Below are positions 28,799 to 38,675 of a DNA stretch of 64,000 bases, piece by piece. Below the pieces are notes generated by a model. The model had not been told where the DNA came from. It worked only from the letters and a program-made list of their open reading frames with translations, and did not search any database. The translations under genes were made by a program, and so were the position numbers. Source of the DNA: a virus; the IMG/VR virus record IMGVR_UViG_3300020470_005894, positions 1 to 64,000 of that record; one strand, written 5' to 3'. Each line of letters opens with the position of its first letter. Within the stretch, counting starts at the first letter, position 1.

Positions 28799-29911
28799 CT
28801 ATTCCTCTTGATCAATATCATAAAAATCTTCTGCCCGTCCTTGCTTGCTGTCAAAACGCATGATAATGTCTTCATCCATTACTTCAAGCACTCTATCCTT
28901 GAACTTATCGTCTTTTAATTTGTCTAGCCATTTGGCAGCTTGAAATTTTTCCTCTCTTCCGTCCTTGTATACAAGGCTGTACCAAGCGCCTGATTGTTTA
29001 AGGTTGTCAGAGCCCTTAATTGCCTCAAGCCAGCTTTCTTCGTCCTTAATACCGACATCACCACCCCAAAGAATCTTAAACGTACACTGTCGTCCTTCAG
29101 TGCCAAACCTGCTTTTCTTGAGAGTTACTTTAACTTCTGAGCCAACTCTAAAGCCGTTATCATCTACAATAAAGCTAGCCTTAGCCTTCCTCTTTGTAAG
29201 CCATATTCGCAGCGAATAAGCATAGTGCATTGCTTTGCCGCCCGGAGTTACGTAGGGAGTTGTCATAGCTTCTGCTACATTGCTAGTGATATTAGTTTTT
29301 AATTGATTGAGCACTAAAAATGTCGATTTCGAAGCAGCGATAGGCACTGTCAGTTTAGACATGCCTTTAGCTAAAATTCGCGGCTTGACAGCCATTGAAG
29401 ATTGTGGGTTGAAATCTCCCTCTACATCACTGACTGAAGGTGTCAAGGCAAGAGAATCCCAGATAAATAACATCCTGTTGTCGTTAGATCCTAATAGCTC
29501 CTCAATGGTTTCCAACACATACTCAACACTAGTTGGCTGCAAATAAAGAATGTTGTCGACATCACAACCAGCACTAGCTAAAAAATCAGGATCGATAGCT
29601 GATTCTGCGTCAAAGTATACTACATCAATACCCATTTTTTGAGCGTTTGCAGCAATTTGCGCGGCCATAAAAGACTTTCCCGAACCCTCAAGGCCGGCAA
29701 TTTCAACAACCTTGCCGACTGGTATTCCTGCTAGCTTTCCTCTACAAATAACACTGTCAAGCCACCTTGATCCAGTTGGAATCCAATCTTTTACCTGTGT
29801 CGGATTTTCTTTGGTCAGGTCAAAAGCTACTTCCATACCAGCTTTTTTATTGATGAGATTTCTCATCTCGCCAATGCTTAATCTTCCTAATTTTCTTGAT
29901 TTTTTAGCCAT
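28799..29911 (-). CDS. recA: RecA/UvsX recombinase
   Basis: EIAGLEGSGKS, FDAE, WDS, NQL, TPGGKA. Confidence 0.93.
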   Translation of the reverse strand: MAKKSRKLGRLSIGEMRNLINKKAGMEVAFDLTKENPTQVKDWIPTGSRWLDSVICRGKLAGIPVGKVVEIAGLEGSGKSFMAAQIAANAQKMGIDVVYFDAESAIDPDFLASAGCDVDNILYLQPTSVEYVLETIEELLGSNDNRMLFIWDSLALTPSVSDVEGDFNPQSSMAVKPRILAKGMSKLTVPIAASKSTFLVLNQLKTNITSNVAEAMTTPYVTPGGKAMHYAYSLRIWLTKRKAKASFIVDDNGFRVGSEVKVTLKKSRFGTEGRQCTFKILWGGDVGIKDEESWLEAIKGSDNLKQSGAWYSLVYKDGREEKFQAAKWLDKLKDDKFKDRVLEVMDEDIIMRFDSKQGRAEDFYDIDQEE

Positions 29912-30180
29912 GTTTCCTCTTGTACTTTTGGTAATTCTAAAGTTATATCTGGATCTTGTATCGAGTATATAACTGGTGTGTGATTAACATAATCACGCTT
30001 TATCTGATCAGCAAGTGAAATAAGCAGAGGTTCTATTTTTTTTACTTCCTCAACAACTTCCTCACTTTGGGTTTTAGCTTCTACTCGTATTTTAAGCATT
30101 CTATTTTCTAATATCGCGCCAGTAGCTAACCCTAGGCAGAATAAAGATATTCCAAAACCAGTGTACAATAAGGCTTCCAT
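29887..30180 (-). CDS. Small membrane-anchored protein
   Basis: N-terminal transmembrane helix; ACTAGTTATTA motif just upstream. Confidence 0.55.
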   Translation of the reverse strand: MEALLYTGFGISLFCLGLATGAILENRMLKIRVEAKTQSEEVVEEVKKIEPLLISLADQIKRDYVNHTPVIYSIQDPDITLELPKVQEETWLKNQEN

Positions 30181-30254
30181 AGCTACTAATAACTAGTGAT
30201 AAAACTAAAATTTGAGGCCTCTGTAAACCCAGGCCTCCCTGCGGTGGAGGAGCG

Positions 30255-30998
30255 TTAGCTAAGCAATTCAGCGAAAGCTTGGTCGACAGCACTACCATCA
30301 GTTGTACCATTATACTTGGATGATTCGTTTGACACGCTCTCGGCATCACTCTCCGAGAGCAGGAACTCATCAAGCATTGCTTGCACCTGCTCAGGCGTCT
30401 TGCGTTCAAAAACCTCATCAAAGTTAGGAATTTGGTCCAAGAAAGTAGCTACCTCGTCTTGACTCTTCATCATTGGAGATGGCTTACGACGCGGTGTGAT
30501 AGTCGTCTGTGGAAACTGCGCTCCAGCTGGCTTACCATAATTAATTGTAAGATCTGTCCCTTCAGCAACATCGGTGATATCACCATACTCGGGATTTAGT
30601 ACTAGATTCAATAGCTCCTTATAGGCAGTCTTTCCAAAGCCCCATAGACGTACGCCCTTCTCTTCTTCTCCACGAACAAGAACTGGAGCGAAGAAGCGTT
30701 GACGAGCGGAAAGATCCTTTGCCATCTTGATGGACTCATCTGTACCATCCTTATAAAGTTGACGGACAAAGTCGTTCAACGGATCATCTTCACCAAAATT
30801 TTTCTTTGGACTAAGAAAACCAGCGTTCTTGCCTAGGTTGTAATGAAACCAGTATTCCTTAAATGGATCACCGTCAGGAGTTGGTACGATACGAATCGTC
30901 TGCTCTCCGTCCTCAGGGCGCCAAAAAACACTCTGTCCATTCCCGCGATTTTCCAAGGCATCGCGCTTTGCCTTCATCTTTGCTAAATCAATACCCAT
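30255..30998 (-). CDS. Single-stranded DNA-binding protein (T4 gp32-like)
   Basis: FWRP..G...IRIVP, WFHY, DITD...G.D; acidic tail ending AFAELLS; adjacent to recA. Confidence 0.8.
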   Translation of the reverse strand: MGIDLAKMKAKRDALENRGNGQSVFWRPEDGEQTIRIVPTPDGDPFKEYWFHYNLGKNAGFLSPKKNFGEDDPLNDFVRQLYKDGTDESIKMAKDLSARQRFFAPVLVRGEEEKGVRLWGFGKTAYKELLNLVLNPEYGDITDVAEGTDLTINYGKPAGAQFPQTTITPRRKPSPMMKSQDEVATFLDQIPNFDEVFERKTPEQVQAMLDEFLLSESDAESVSNESSKYNGTTDGSAVDQAFAELLS

Positions 30999-31095
30999 TG
31001 TATTTTCTCCTTTTTGCTTTTAGCTATAGTACAGTCGGCCAATCTCCCGACCGTCTGTTAATAGAATAAAAACCGTCTTTAATAAGTAAAATAAT

Positions 31096-31929
31096 TTATT
31101 CTACTTTTTGTTCTTGAATAAAAGACGCATGCTGCACGGTATATACGTAATCGTGCTCATAAGTTGTAGAATAAATGGCAAAGCCAGCGTCGTTCTTATC
31201 TGAAGAAGCTTCTTTTACAAAAGACCTTATCTTATGTAAGATATTCTTATCTTCTTCAAGTGTTTTTTCGTTTATACCATAAAAATAATTTTTTGTACGC
31301 GCAAATTTTAAATCATAAAAAAGCTTTTCACTGCCAGTTTCGTAGTTTACAACGCCAAAAGTTGAAATTCTAGCAGTTTCTGGCTCCTTAGAGACAGATG
31401 TCAATAGCGGCTCATTGTTTTCAAAAACATTGATCATATTATACGTGCTTGAAATAACATTGTTGATGTCTTTCCAGTAGTCTTTAATTGATATATTTTC
31501 CACTATTTCTTCTACTAAATTATTTGAAACCACATACATCTTCTTCAACAACGCAGATCTGGCGTAGTTTTGCAAAATATTAAATGTAACATTACATTTA
31601 AGCTTCTCTTCGTTAGACATTTGACTAATATCAGGCTTTATAAACAAAACGGTTGTAGGTTCGCTTTTAATTTGTTCAAGGAGACGCAGAGCGCACCCAC
31701 TTATGTTTCCGCTACCACACATTATGAGAGTTGTGTCTCCCTTACATTTTGATAAACTTAACTTTTTATAGTTTTTTTCATAATCTTCATGAGAATTTTG
31801 ATACTTAACCGGCAGAAATGTATCATACCCCTTGTTTTCTGTGTCAACACAAAAAACCTTATATTGTTCATAATTTTTAAAATTATTAGCTATTTGACAG
31901 CCAGCGTTTCCTAATCCTATAATATTCAT
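31096..31929 (-). CDS. Divergent tubulin/FtsZ-like protein
   Basis: IIGLGNAGCQIA, VDT, GSGNISG (eroded GGGTGSG), then P, SN and IN in FtsZ order. Confidence 0.7.
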   Translation of the reverse strand: MNIIGLGNAGCQIANNFKNYEQYKVFCVDTENKGYDTFLPVKYQNSHEDYEKNYKKLSLSKCKGDTTLIMCGSGNISGCALRLLEQIKSEPTTVLFIKPDISQMSNEEKLKCNVTFNILQNYARSALLKKMYVVSNNLVEEIVENISIKDYWKDINNVISSTYNMINVFENNEPLLTSVSKEPETARISTFGVVNYETGSEKLFYDLKFARTKNYFYGINEKTLEEDKNILHKIRSFVKEASSDKNDAGFAIYSTTYEHDYVYTVQHASFIQEQKVE

Positions 31930-33104
31930 TTAACTTCCCTCATAACACCAAAATTCTTTCCTATTCGTAAATTTGTTTTAATTTTGCCCAGCTTTGTATC
32001 TCCAAACTGCTGTAAGATCTCTTCAACTAGTGGTCGATCTTCCAGAGAATAATCAAGCACTAGGCTATCGTGCACACAAAAAGAAACAGTCGATTTTCTA
32101 TCTGATAGAATTTTATTAATTTTCATTGCTGAGTGTAAAAACATATCGCTAGCAGTGCTTTGCACAAGGTAATTAACTGCCTTATCCCTACCAACATCAA
32201 TATTGCGCCCAAAAGGCGTATGAACGGCGTTATTGAGATAGTATTTTTCATATAGGCGGTCGCGATCTAAAAATTGATTTAACTTTTTATTTTTAGCTTG
32301 GGGGTTATAAAGCCATGCAAATACTTTTTTCTTTGCTTGTTCGCGAGTATACTTCCCAGCAAAAATATTTTCAGAAATCCACTGATGAATATCTTCAGCG
32401 GGCTGGTCTTGTCCCAAAAGATAAAATAGAACTCTGATCTCTGCAGCATTGTAGTCCAACTCAATAAAACAGTCATTTGTAGGCTTAATTGCTCTTCTAA
32501 GGCTCTTGTTGAGAGTAAGAATAGGAAAACTATTTTTATTTGTAGTCAAACGACCTGTCACTGTACCAAAGGCGTTATAACTAATAAAAGGCGGTGAGCT
32601 TTTTATTTTTTGTACAACTTTCCTTACCGCACTTTCCGACATGTCTAGATTGTGTAAATCTATATTTAATTTTTGTTTCTCAAGGACCTTTAAGAAAATT
32701 ATTAAATCATACAAAAAATCATGATTTTCAGGTTTTTTTTCCTCTTTAAATACATGTTCAGTAATCTGATTTTTTACTTCAAAAAACTCCAGTAAAAACC
32801 AATCAGGCATTAAATCATAAAAACATATATCTTGTAAATTAATTTTACTTTTTTGGAATGAATTTAGAAAAGCAGATGCCTTTTTGTTTAAGGCCAGCCA
32901 ATATGGCTTCAAGTCCTCTGGGCAACAATCATCTAGTGTTTTGCCCATAGACCATATAATGCCACAATCGTAACGCTCATTGGCAAAATTAGATGCAGGA
33001 AACCAAGTTCGTGTTAAATTTAAATCCTCGCTAGCTTCTTTAATTTCACCGTCGACATACACACTGGTACATTGATTTTTATTATCAAGAACTTGAAAAA
33101 GCAA
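31926..33104 (-). CDS. Minimal family-A DNA polymerase-like protein
   Basis: TVTGRL; motif A LDYNAAEIR; motif B REQAKKKVFAWLY; NYLVQSTA; motif C VHDSLV; only 392 aa. Confidence 0.85.
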   Translation of the reverse strand: MLFQVLDNKNQCTSVYVDGEIKEASEDLNLTRTWFPASNFANERYDCGIIWSMGKTLDDCCPEDLKPYWLALNKKASAFLNSFQKSKINLQDICFYDLMPDWFLLEFFEVKNQITEHVFKEEKKPENHDFLYDLIIFLKVLEKQKLNIDLHNLDMSESAVRKVVQKIKSSPPFISYNAFGTVTGRLTTNKNSFPILTLNKSLRRAIKPTNDCFIELDYNAAEIRVLFYLLGQDQPAEDIHQWISENIFAGKYTREQAKKKVFAWLYNPQAKNKKLNQFLDRDRLYEKYYLNNAVHTPFGRNIDVGRDKAVNYLVQSTASDMFLHSAMKINKILSDRKSTVSFCVHDSLVLDYSLEDRPLVEEILQQFGDTKLGKIKTNLRIGKNFGVMREVK

Positions 33105-33111
33105 TTTTTCC

Positions 33112-34422
33112 TCATTTTATGTTTTTTGTAGCAGTTACAGAGTGCTGTACTAGATTTGGCTCAGACGCCACGTCGAGTGCTTGTCGGCGAATTCGCTGAT
33201 ATTCACTTTCTTTAACACCATGCCAATATGATCCTTTCATGTTAAAGGTAGTTACGTTAAATCCTTTTGTCAAATTATTAATATATTCTAAAGCAGCTTC
33301 GGGGCCAAAAAGTCTTTTATTATCAAGCATTTCATTAACAAAAAAATTAAAATTTTGATTCGTATGAGGCCTTTCTGCTTCCATTAACCTTAGCTTAAGG
33401 ACAATTTTCAACCAGTATTCATAATAGGCTTCTCCAGATAACTCTAGAGGTGGATTTCTAGGCTTTCTATCACTTATAACTCTTAAATCTCGTGTGTCTT
33501 CTCTCTTTACGCACTTAACATAATCCACTACTTCATAAGTGGCAAATTGTTTGTAAAAGCTATCATAAAGAGAGAAAAATAAATTTCTTAAATTTAACAT
33601 CTCCTCTAAATGTGCCTTTCTGTAATAATATTTAAATACATTATCATAGCTAACCCCAAAGCGATCCATAAATCTTTGAGCGCCCGTTACGTTTGGGCGG
33701 TCTTTTTGCCCTGAGGCCAAATTAAAAACTAGTCGCCATGGCGCGTTTTTATCAATCATGAAACCAAACTTCTTAGCTTCGTTTGAGAAAAAAACGAAAT
33801 TTGGGTCTTTTACATAACTTAAGATCCTAGCATTCGTTGGCAGCCCATGTCTTTCGCGTGCTATCTCTATCATCAAACCACTTATAAAAGGGCTGCAGTG
33901 ATTTGATAAAATATATCCAGTTTTCGTTACAGGAAAGTATTTTGCATTTCTTATCGCATAGCGCATGAACTCTTTTATAAATGAAAATTGATCTGTTATA
34001 GTTGCATGCCTCCTATCAACCTGAAGATAGTTACTAACAAAATCTGTGTAAAGGTTATTAATATGTTGATTATAGTTGTATTCTAAATCGCCATGACCCC
34101 AAGCTTTCTCTACTTTTAAATTAGTTGGAAAAACACCATTGTTATCTAGCATGTTGCCATTTGCAGCCTTTCTCACATTTTTTCGAAAATCTTCAAAAGC
34201 TTCTGAAACAAAATCTGCAGCAAAATGTGTGCCACGTGCGCCACCATAAATTTGTTTTAAATTACCATCGTCTAAATAAACAGCGTCGCCATCATTGTCT
34301 ATCCTACCATAAAATAAATGCTCACGCTCTAAATCAAAATTTACCACACCAGCAAGACGCGGATAAAAATCATTCAAATTATTTTTAGAATTAAAAATTG
34401 ATTCTGTAATATTCTTTGACAT
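33112..34422 (-). CDS. Hypothetical protein at the end of the tail operon
   Basis: Long ORF coupled to the baseplate gene; no recognisable motif. Confidence 0.7.
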   Translation of the reverse strand: MSKNITESIFNSKNNLNDFYPRLAGVVNFDLEREHLFYGRIDNDGDAVYLDDGNLKQIYGGARGTHFAADFVSEAFEDFRKNVRKAANGNMLDNNGVFPTNLKVEKAWGHGDLEYNYNQHINNLYTDFVSNYLQVDRRHATITDQFSFIKEFMRYAIRNAKYFPVTKTGYILSNHCSPFISGLMIEIARERHGLPTNARILSYVKDPNFVFFSNEAKKFGFMIDKNAPWRLVFNLASGQKDRPNVTGAQRFMDRFGVSYDNVFKYYYRKAHLEEMLNLRNLFFSLYDSFYKQFATYEVVDYVKCVKREDTRDLRVISDRKPRNPPLELSGEAYYEYWLKIVLKLRLMEAERPHTNQNFNFFVNEMLDNKRLFGPEAALEYINNLTKGFNVTTFNMKGSYWHGVKESEYQRIRRQALDVASEPNLVQHSVTATKNIK

Positions 34423-37361
34423 TATCTAGGTTTCCCAGGTGTTTGCTGCCAGCCGGTAACTTTTGTTGTGTATGTCCCAGCGCTAAAAGTATTAGTAACA
34501 GTGCCAATCAAATGATAACCACCTAAATTCATTTGATACGCTAAAGAGGACGCGTCTTCAACACTACCTAAGCCAGCCATGCTTGGATTGACATAATAGA
34601 ACATTCCAGGTGTAAATAAGCTATTACCCACCAAATCTAGGTTTGTGTGATAAGGAAACTTTAACTGTTCTAGATTGCTTCCGCCATTTTCTATGGCCTC
34701 TCTGTATCTTGCCTCTGCAAGCCCGGGCAAAGCGACTCTTTCAAAATTCATCTTTGTCAATAGGCCGCGGTCGGATCCAATGTTAAAATGGTATATACCA
34801 TCCTTAAGGTCTTCATTTGGATTCCCTCTTCTGTCGCGAAGATTCTTAACTGTAGTAACATATATTAGCAAATAATCATACGAAGTTTTTATCATTGACT
34901 CGGAAGATTGTCCTTGGCCTAAAGCATTTAGATAAAGTTCTTTAAAAACAGGCCCGTCTACGTCAATAGTCCTGTGTAGTGGTAAAAGTTCTTTTGTTTT
35001 ACCAACCATCCGACCACAAATATTTATTGGTGCTTCGTCGGTTTGCCTACCAGGTAGAGCCATGGCAACAATACTAGACATGCTTTTTGGTAGTCTAATG
35101 CTGCTAGGCATGCCAACACCCATAGCAGGAATAACTAAATCATTGATACACTGAGTTAAAAAGTCACCCAAGGGCATCGACGCTCTTTTTTTTCTAATAA
35201 TTGTTTTTAAAAACCATGCTCTGAAATAATTAAAAGATATTGGAAACTGTGCCAAATTAATAGTTTTAATTTTTCCAGTCTTTTCGTCAAAATATTCTAT
35301 GGGCCCTAATAGTATTCTCATGTTGTTCAGGCCATAATTCAACCCAGCATCCTTATTTAGCTCCCCCTTTTTTTTGTTATAGCCATAGTAAGAAGTCTCA
35401 GTAAATGGTGGGTAAGCGCGATCTGATGTTTGCTCTCCAGAATCATTAGTCTGCACAGAGCCATATTGAAAAAATTCGTCTCCCACAGCGTTAGCATCAA
35501 TCAAATCAAGGGCTTTAAATCCGGCATTTTTACATGCTAATTCTATTATATCTCCCAGGTAAACAAAATAAAATTTATAATTTTCTCCATCAAAATTTAA
35601 AGTCGTTGTTCTGGAGGGGTCTTTTTTCCTATCGCCAGTATTTTTATCAGTTGAACCAGTTTGATTTTCAGATAGAGCGTTGATATCTTGTGCAACTTCA
35701 CTCTTTAAATTGGCATCTGATGATATCAGCTGGTTACATCTACCAACTTTTATTTGTGGTTGCCCCTTGGGGATTGCAGTGGTGCCACCCTCTAGTATCT
35801 GCTGCATCGCTTCTTCGTAGCTAGCTCCTTGATTAGTCAACGACTCTACTGTTTGCTGTCGCTTAATCGGAGTTTCCTCTATCCCACCTAAATGTTTTAT
35901 AACTTCATGCTTGGGTACGTTTATACAAAAAAGCCTAGTTTCTGGAGGTCCGTCGCCTCTCTGATCATTGCCAGTTATTAGTTGGTCAACAAAAGTTTTA
36001 TATATGTCTTTCTTGAACATACCAACTCTTCTGCGCGTTATAGCTAGCATCTTATCTGCATTCGCTTTCTGCTTAAACCACAGATATATTTCTTCACCGT
36101 CTCCAATAATCTTGGTGACTCCCTTCCTTTTTGTTGTGGCTGGCCCACCTGCCTCTTCGAAGACAGAGGAGAACACTAAATCGCTTTCTAATACTTCTCT
36201 TAGCTTTTTTCTAGAAGTGCACTTATCATCTTTGCAGCCGGGCTCGTTTAGTTCCTTATAAAACGAGTGGATCATCGAAATTATTTTATAAATATGCGCA
36301 GGGTTGTTTTTTGGATCTGCTGTTTTGGATATCTGACCTTTCCCTGCCTTTCCCATTCTTCTAGTGTCTTGAAAAATATTAACTTGGTTTGTGCCCACCA
36401 TGGTCTCTAAGTGGCCGCGGTAATTGGCAGTAAGTAAGACTTGACCATCTTCTTGTATATCAAGATTGTAATCAACAAGTGTTAACGAAACAATTGTGTT
36501 TAATTTTTCAATTTCATTAACCATTTTTACTTCTTCTGCAGATAAATTTAAGCTTTGTAGTGCCTGCTTCGATGGCGAGGTATACCCCATGAGCACTTTT
36601 ATGATATAATGTTTGGGATTGTAAGTTTCAGCGTCCTTGACGTATCTTGAGGGTGGCCATAATATTAAATCAACATATCTTAAGCCTCCTTTTGTAAAAT
36701 GAGGCTCACCTGGAGGCTGCGCATTAACGTCTTTCAGAGATTTAAAAATTATACTCATGGAGCACTCTATGTTATTTTCCAATACGCCTAGAGACTCACC
36801 GTCTTGTTTGATTGTAAAAGATTTTAATCCTACATTACGCCAGTTTGGCTTTGTGGTTTCGTGCTTTAGATATTCGCTGACACTTACAACACTACCTAGT
36901 CCAAAACTATCTGCAAATTTAAACTCTTTGTAGCATGGGGTAGGGAGTGGTTCTGTCTTTCCCTGATCTGGGGTACCGTCCTCTGCAAATACTGTTTCTT
37001 CGAAGTTCACCTTATAAATTCTAACTTTTGGCTGCATGAGGGATAAGACTGTATTCTTAATATTATAAAAAACACCTACATTATCAATGCCTCTTAATTT
37101 GTTCACAATTTGCGTACCATCTCCGTTAACTTGCCTGAAGGTCAAATAATTAAACAAGTCTTTTCTTGAGTTATAAAAATTATTAACTTTATCAATATTT
37201 TGACTCAATATGTATTGTTCAATGTTGCCGCGATCACGGTTATCATTTGTTAAATTCTTTTTTCTGCGGATCGTCTCCTCAACAGTCAAGCCTTCACCAG
37301 GCTTAGATATTGAGTCTAAATCGCCCGAACCACCGGGGCTTGTTATATCTTTAGAAGCCAT
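34422..37361 (-). CDS. Probable baseplate hub protein
   Basis: Position after tape measure and LysM-like genes; C-terminal GNSLFTPGMFYYV...GGYHLI..VTNTFSAGTYTTKV resembles a hub fold end. Confidence 0.55.
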   Translation of the reverse strand: MASKDITSPGGSGDLDSISKPGEGLTVEETIRRKKNLTNDNRDRGNIEQYILSQNIDKVNNFYNSRKDLFNYLTFRQVNGDGTQIVNKLRGIDNVGVFYNIKNTVLSLMQPKVRIYKVNFEETVFAEDGTPDQGKTEPLPTPCYKEFKFADSFGLGSVVSVSEYLKHETTKPNWRNVGLKSFTIKQDGESLGVLENNIECSMSIIFKSLKDVNAQPPGEPHFTKGGLRYVDLILWPPSRYVKDAETYNPKHYIIKVLMGYTSPSKQALQSLNLSAEEVKMVNEIEKLNTIVSLTLVDYNLDIQEDGQVLLTANYRGHLETMVGTNQVNIFQDTRRMGKAGKGQISKTADPKNNPAHIYKIISMIHSFYKELNEPGCKDDKCTSRKKLREVLESDLVFSSVFEEAGGPATTKRKGVTKIIGDGEEIYLWFKQKANADKMLAITRRRVGMFKKDIYKTFVDQLITGNDQRGDGPPETRLFCINVPKHEVIKHLGGIEETPIKRQQTVESLTNQGASYEEAMQQILEGGTTAIPKGQPQIKVGRCNQLISSDANLKSEVAQDINALSENQTGSTDKNTGDRKKDPSRTTTLNFDGENYKFYFVYLGDIIELACKNAGFKALDLIDANAVGDEFFQYGSVQTNDSGEQTSDRAYPPFTETSYYGYNKKKGELNKDAGLNYGLNNMRILLGPIEYFDEKTGKIKTINLAQFPISFNYFRAWFLKTIIRKKRASMPLGDFLTQCINDLVIPAMGVGMPSSIRLPKSMSSIVAMALPGRQTDEAPINICGRMVGKTKELLPLHRTIDVDGPVFKELYLNALGQGQSSESMIKTSYDYLLIYVTTVKNLRDRRGNPNEDLKDGIYHFNIGSDRGLLTKMNFERVALPGLAEARYREAIENGGSNLEQLKFPYHTNLDLVGNSLFTPGMFYYVNPSMAGLGSVEDASSLAYQMNLGGYHLIGTVTNTFSAGTYTTKVTGWQQTPGKPR

Positions 37362-37363
37362 CT

Positions 37364-37699
37364 TTAATATCCTATGCAGTATAAAATTGATTCTAGCGGA
37401 GTTGGAATGTAAATCACTTGCCCTATTTCAAGGTCAAACTCAGTGGGCTTTTGATTGTAGAAGGCAATAACCCACCACATTGTTGGATCTCCATAATATT
37501 CGTCTGCTAACTTAAAAAACCTATCGCCCGTGCTCCAAATATATTTAACAGTTGTAAAATCTTCTCGGGCTTGCAAATCTGTAGGGTAGAACATTTTTGG
37601 TGTATTATATTGACGTACACTCTCCAAGCCTCTTTTTTTTAAATAACTTTTGTATGTCTCAACGTCATTGATGAAAACTCTTTGATTTTTGTGCCTCAT
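37364..37699 (-). CDS. LysM / gp53-like baseplate wedge protein
   Basis: GDRFFKLADEYYGDPTMWWVIAFYN...GQVIYIP. Confidence 0.8.
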   Translation of the reverse strand: MRHKNQRVFINDVETYKSYLKKRGLESVRQYNTPKMFYPTDLQAREDFTTVKYIWSTGDRFFKLADEYYGDPTMWWVIAFYNQKPTEFDLEIGQVIYIPTPLESILYCIGY

Positions 37700-37710
37700 C
37701 TCAATCTCCT

Positions 37711-38655
37711 TTAAATATTAGACTGCTCTATTCCAACGTTAGCACTGGTATCATTTATAACTGTTGTCCCTGTTTGACTTTGTTGCGCCTCAGGACTACC
37801 AGGTAGCGCACTATTATCTGCAGTATTAACTGCTGCATCCTCTTGGACCCTGCCTGTTTCAGACGCGCTTTGATAGTCTTGTGTATCGCGCACCAATCCA
37901 AATTTGTATGGAAAACCTGGAGCACGATGGCCGCCGCGCCAATTACCAGTTTGATGATCCCACCCAGCTGAAAAATCGTTAATAATCTCCATGTTAACAG
38001 TTAGCTTAATCACTTTAGGAATTAAGATGCGCTCACCCTCTCGTACAATATTATCAAAACCAGCTGATTTAATTAAACTTCCAGCTGTGTTTCCTCCACC
38101 TGCGGCCATGCCTGCTGGCACTGCGCCTATAAAACCTTCGCGGTGGTCGTGTGCGACGCGTACGCTTCTTATGACACAAAGAGCGCCGACACCTCCGGCC
38201 GCTGTTGACATGATTAGATTTGCATATCTTACCCTAAAGAGTGGAGAAGCGGAAACTGATGTTGCAGACAAACTATCTTTATAGGATGGATATAGCGAAG
38301 CTAATAGCCAACTTAAGTTATTTAGGTTGTCCAGACCCTTAGAGATAGAACTAGAGGGTATTGTAAATCCTAAATTCATAGTTCTTGAGTTGCCTTGCCA
38401 TACATGATATCTGTCGTTTCTACCGAATGGCTGCTCAGACTTATATTGCACGTTATAGCTATCGCCTAAAGTTGACACATAAGCCAAAAACTGTATTATA
38501 GGTGGATTTTTTATATGAACTGGTATTATCTCCAACACTGCGCCGCTTTGTGCAGCGCTGCTATTAATAAAGTCACGTTTTTTAAACTTAACATTCTGAA
38601 ACTTATTTTTAGCGCCGTCGTATCCTGCTATTTCTGATTGAAAAAATTTAGGCAT
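37711..38655 (-). CDS. Probable baseplate / tail-tube initiator protein
   Basis: F.AYV....DSY.......FGR.D......R pattern; lies directly after the tape measure gene. Confidence 0.55.
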   Translation of the reverse strand: MPKFFQSEIAGYDGAKNKFQNVKFKKRDFINSSAAQSGAVLEIIPVHIKNPPIIQFLAYVSTLGDSYNVQYKSEQPFGRNDRYHVWQGNSRTMNLGFTIPSSSISKGLDNLNNLSWLLASLYPSYKDSLSATSVSASPLFRVRYANLIMSTAAGGVGALCVIRSVRVAHDHREGFIGAVPAGMAAGGGNTAGSLIKSAGFDNIVREGERILIPKVIKLTVNMEIINDFSAGWDHQTGNWRGGHRAPGFPYKFGLVRDTQDYQSASETGRVQEDAAVNTADNSALPGSPEAQQSQTGTTVINDTSANVGIEQSNI

Positions 38656-38675
38656 TATATTTTATTCCTTTTTTA

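Noticed and set aside
16369-29911. Inteins or introns in dnaE, nrdJ, helicase or recA
   Set aside because: Lengths are normal, motifs are contiguous and no intein splice-junction pattern was seen.
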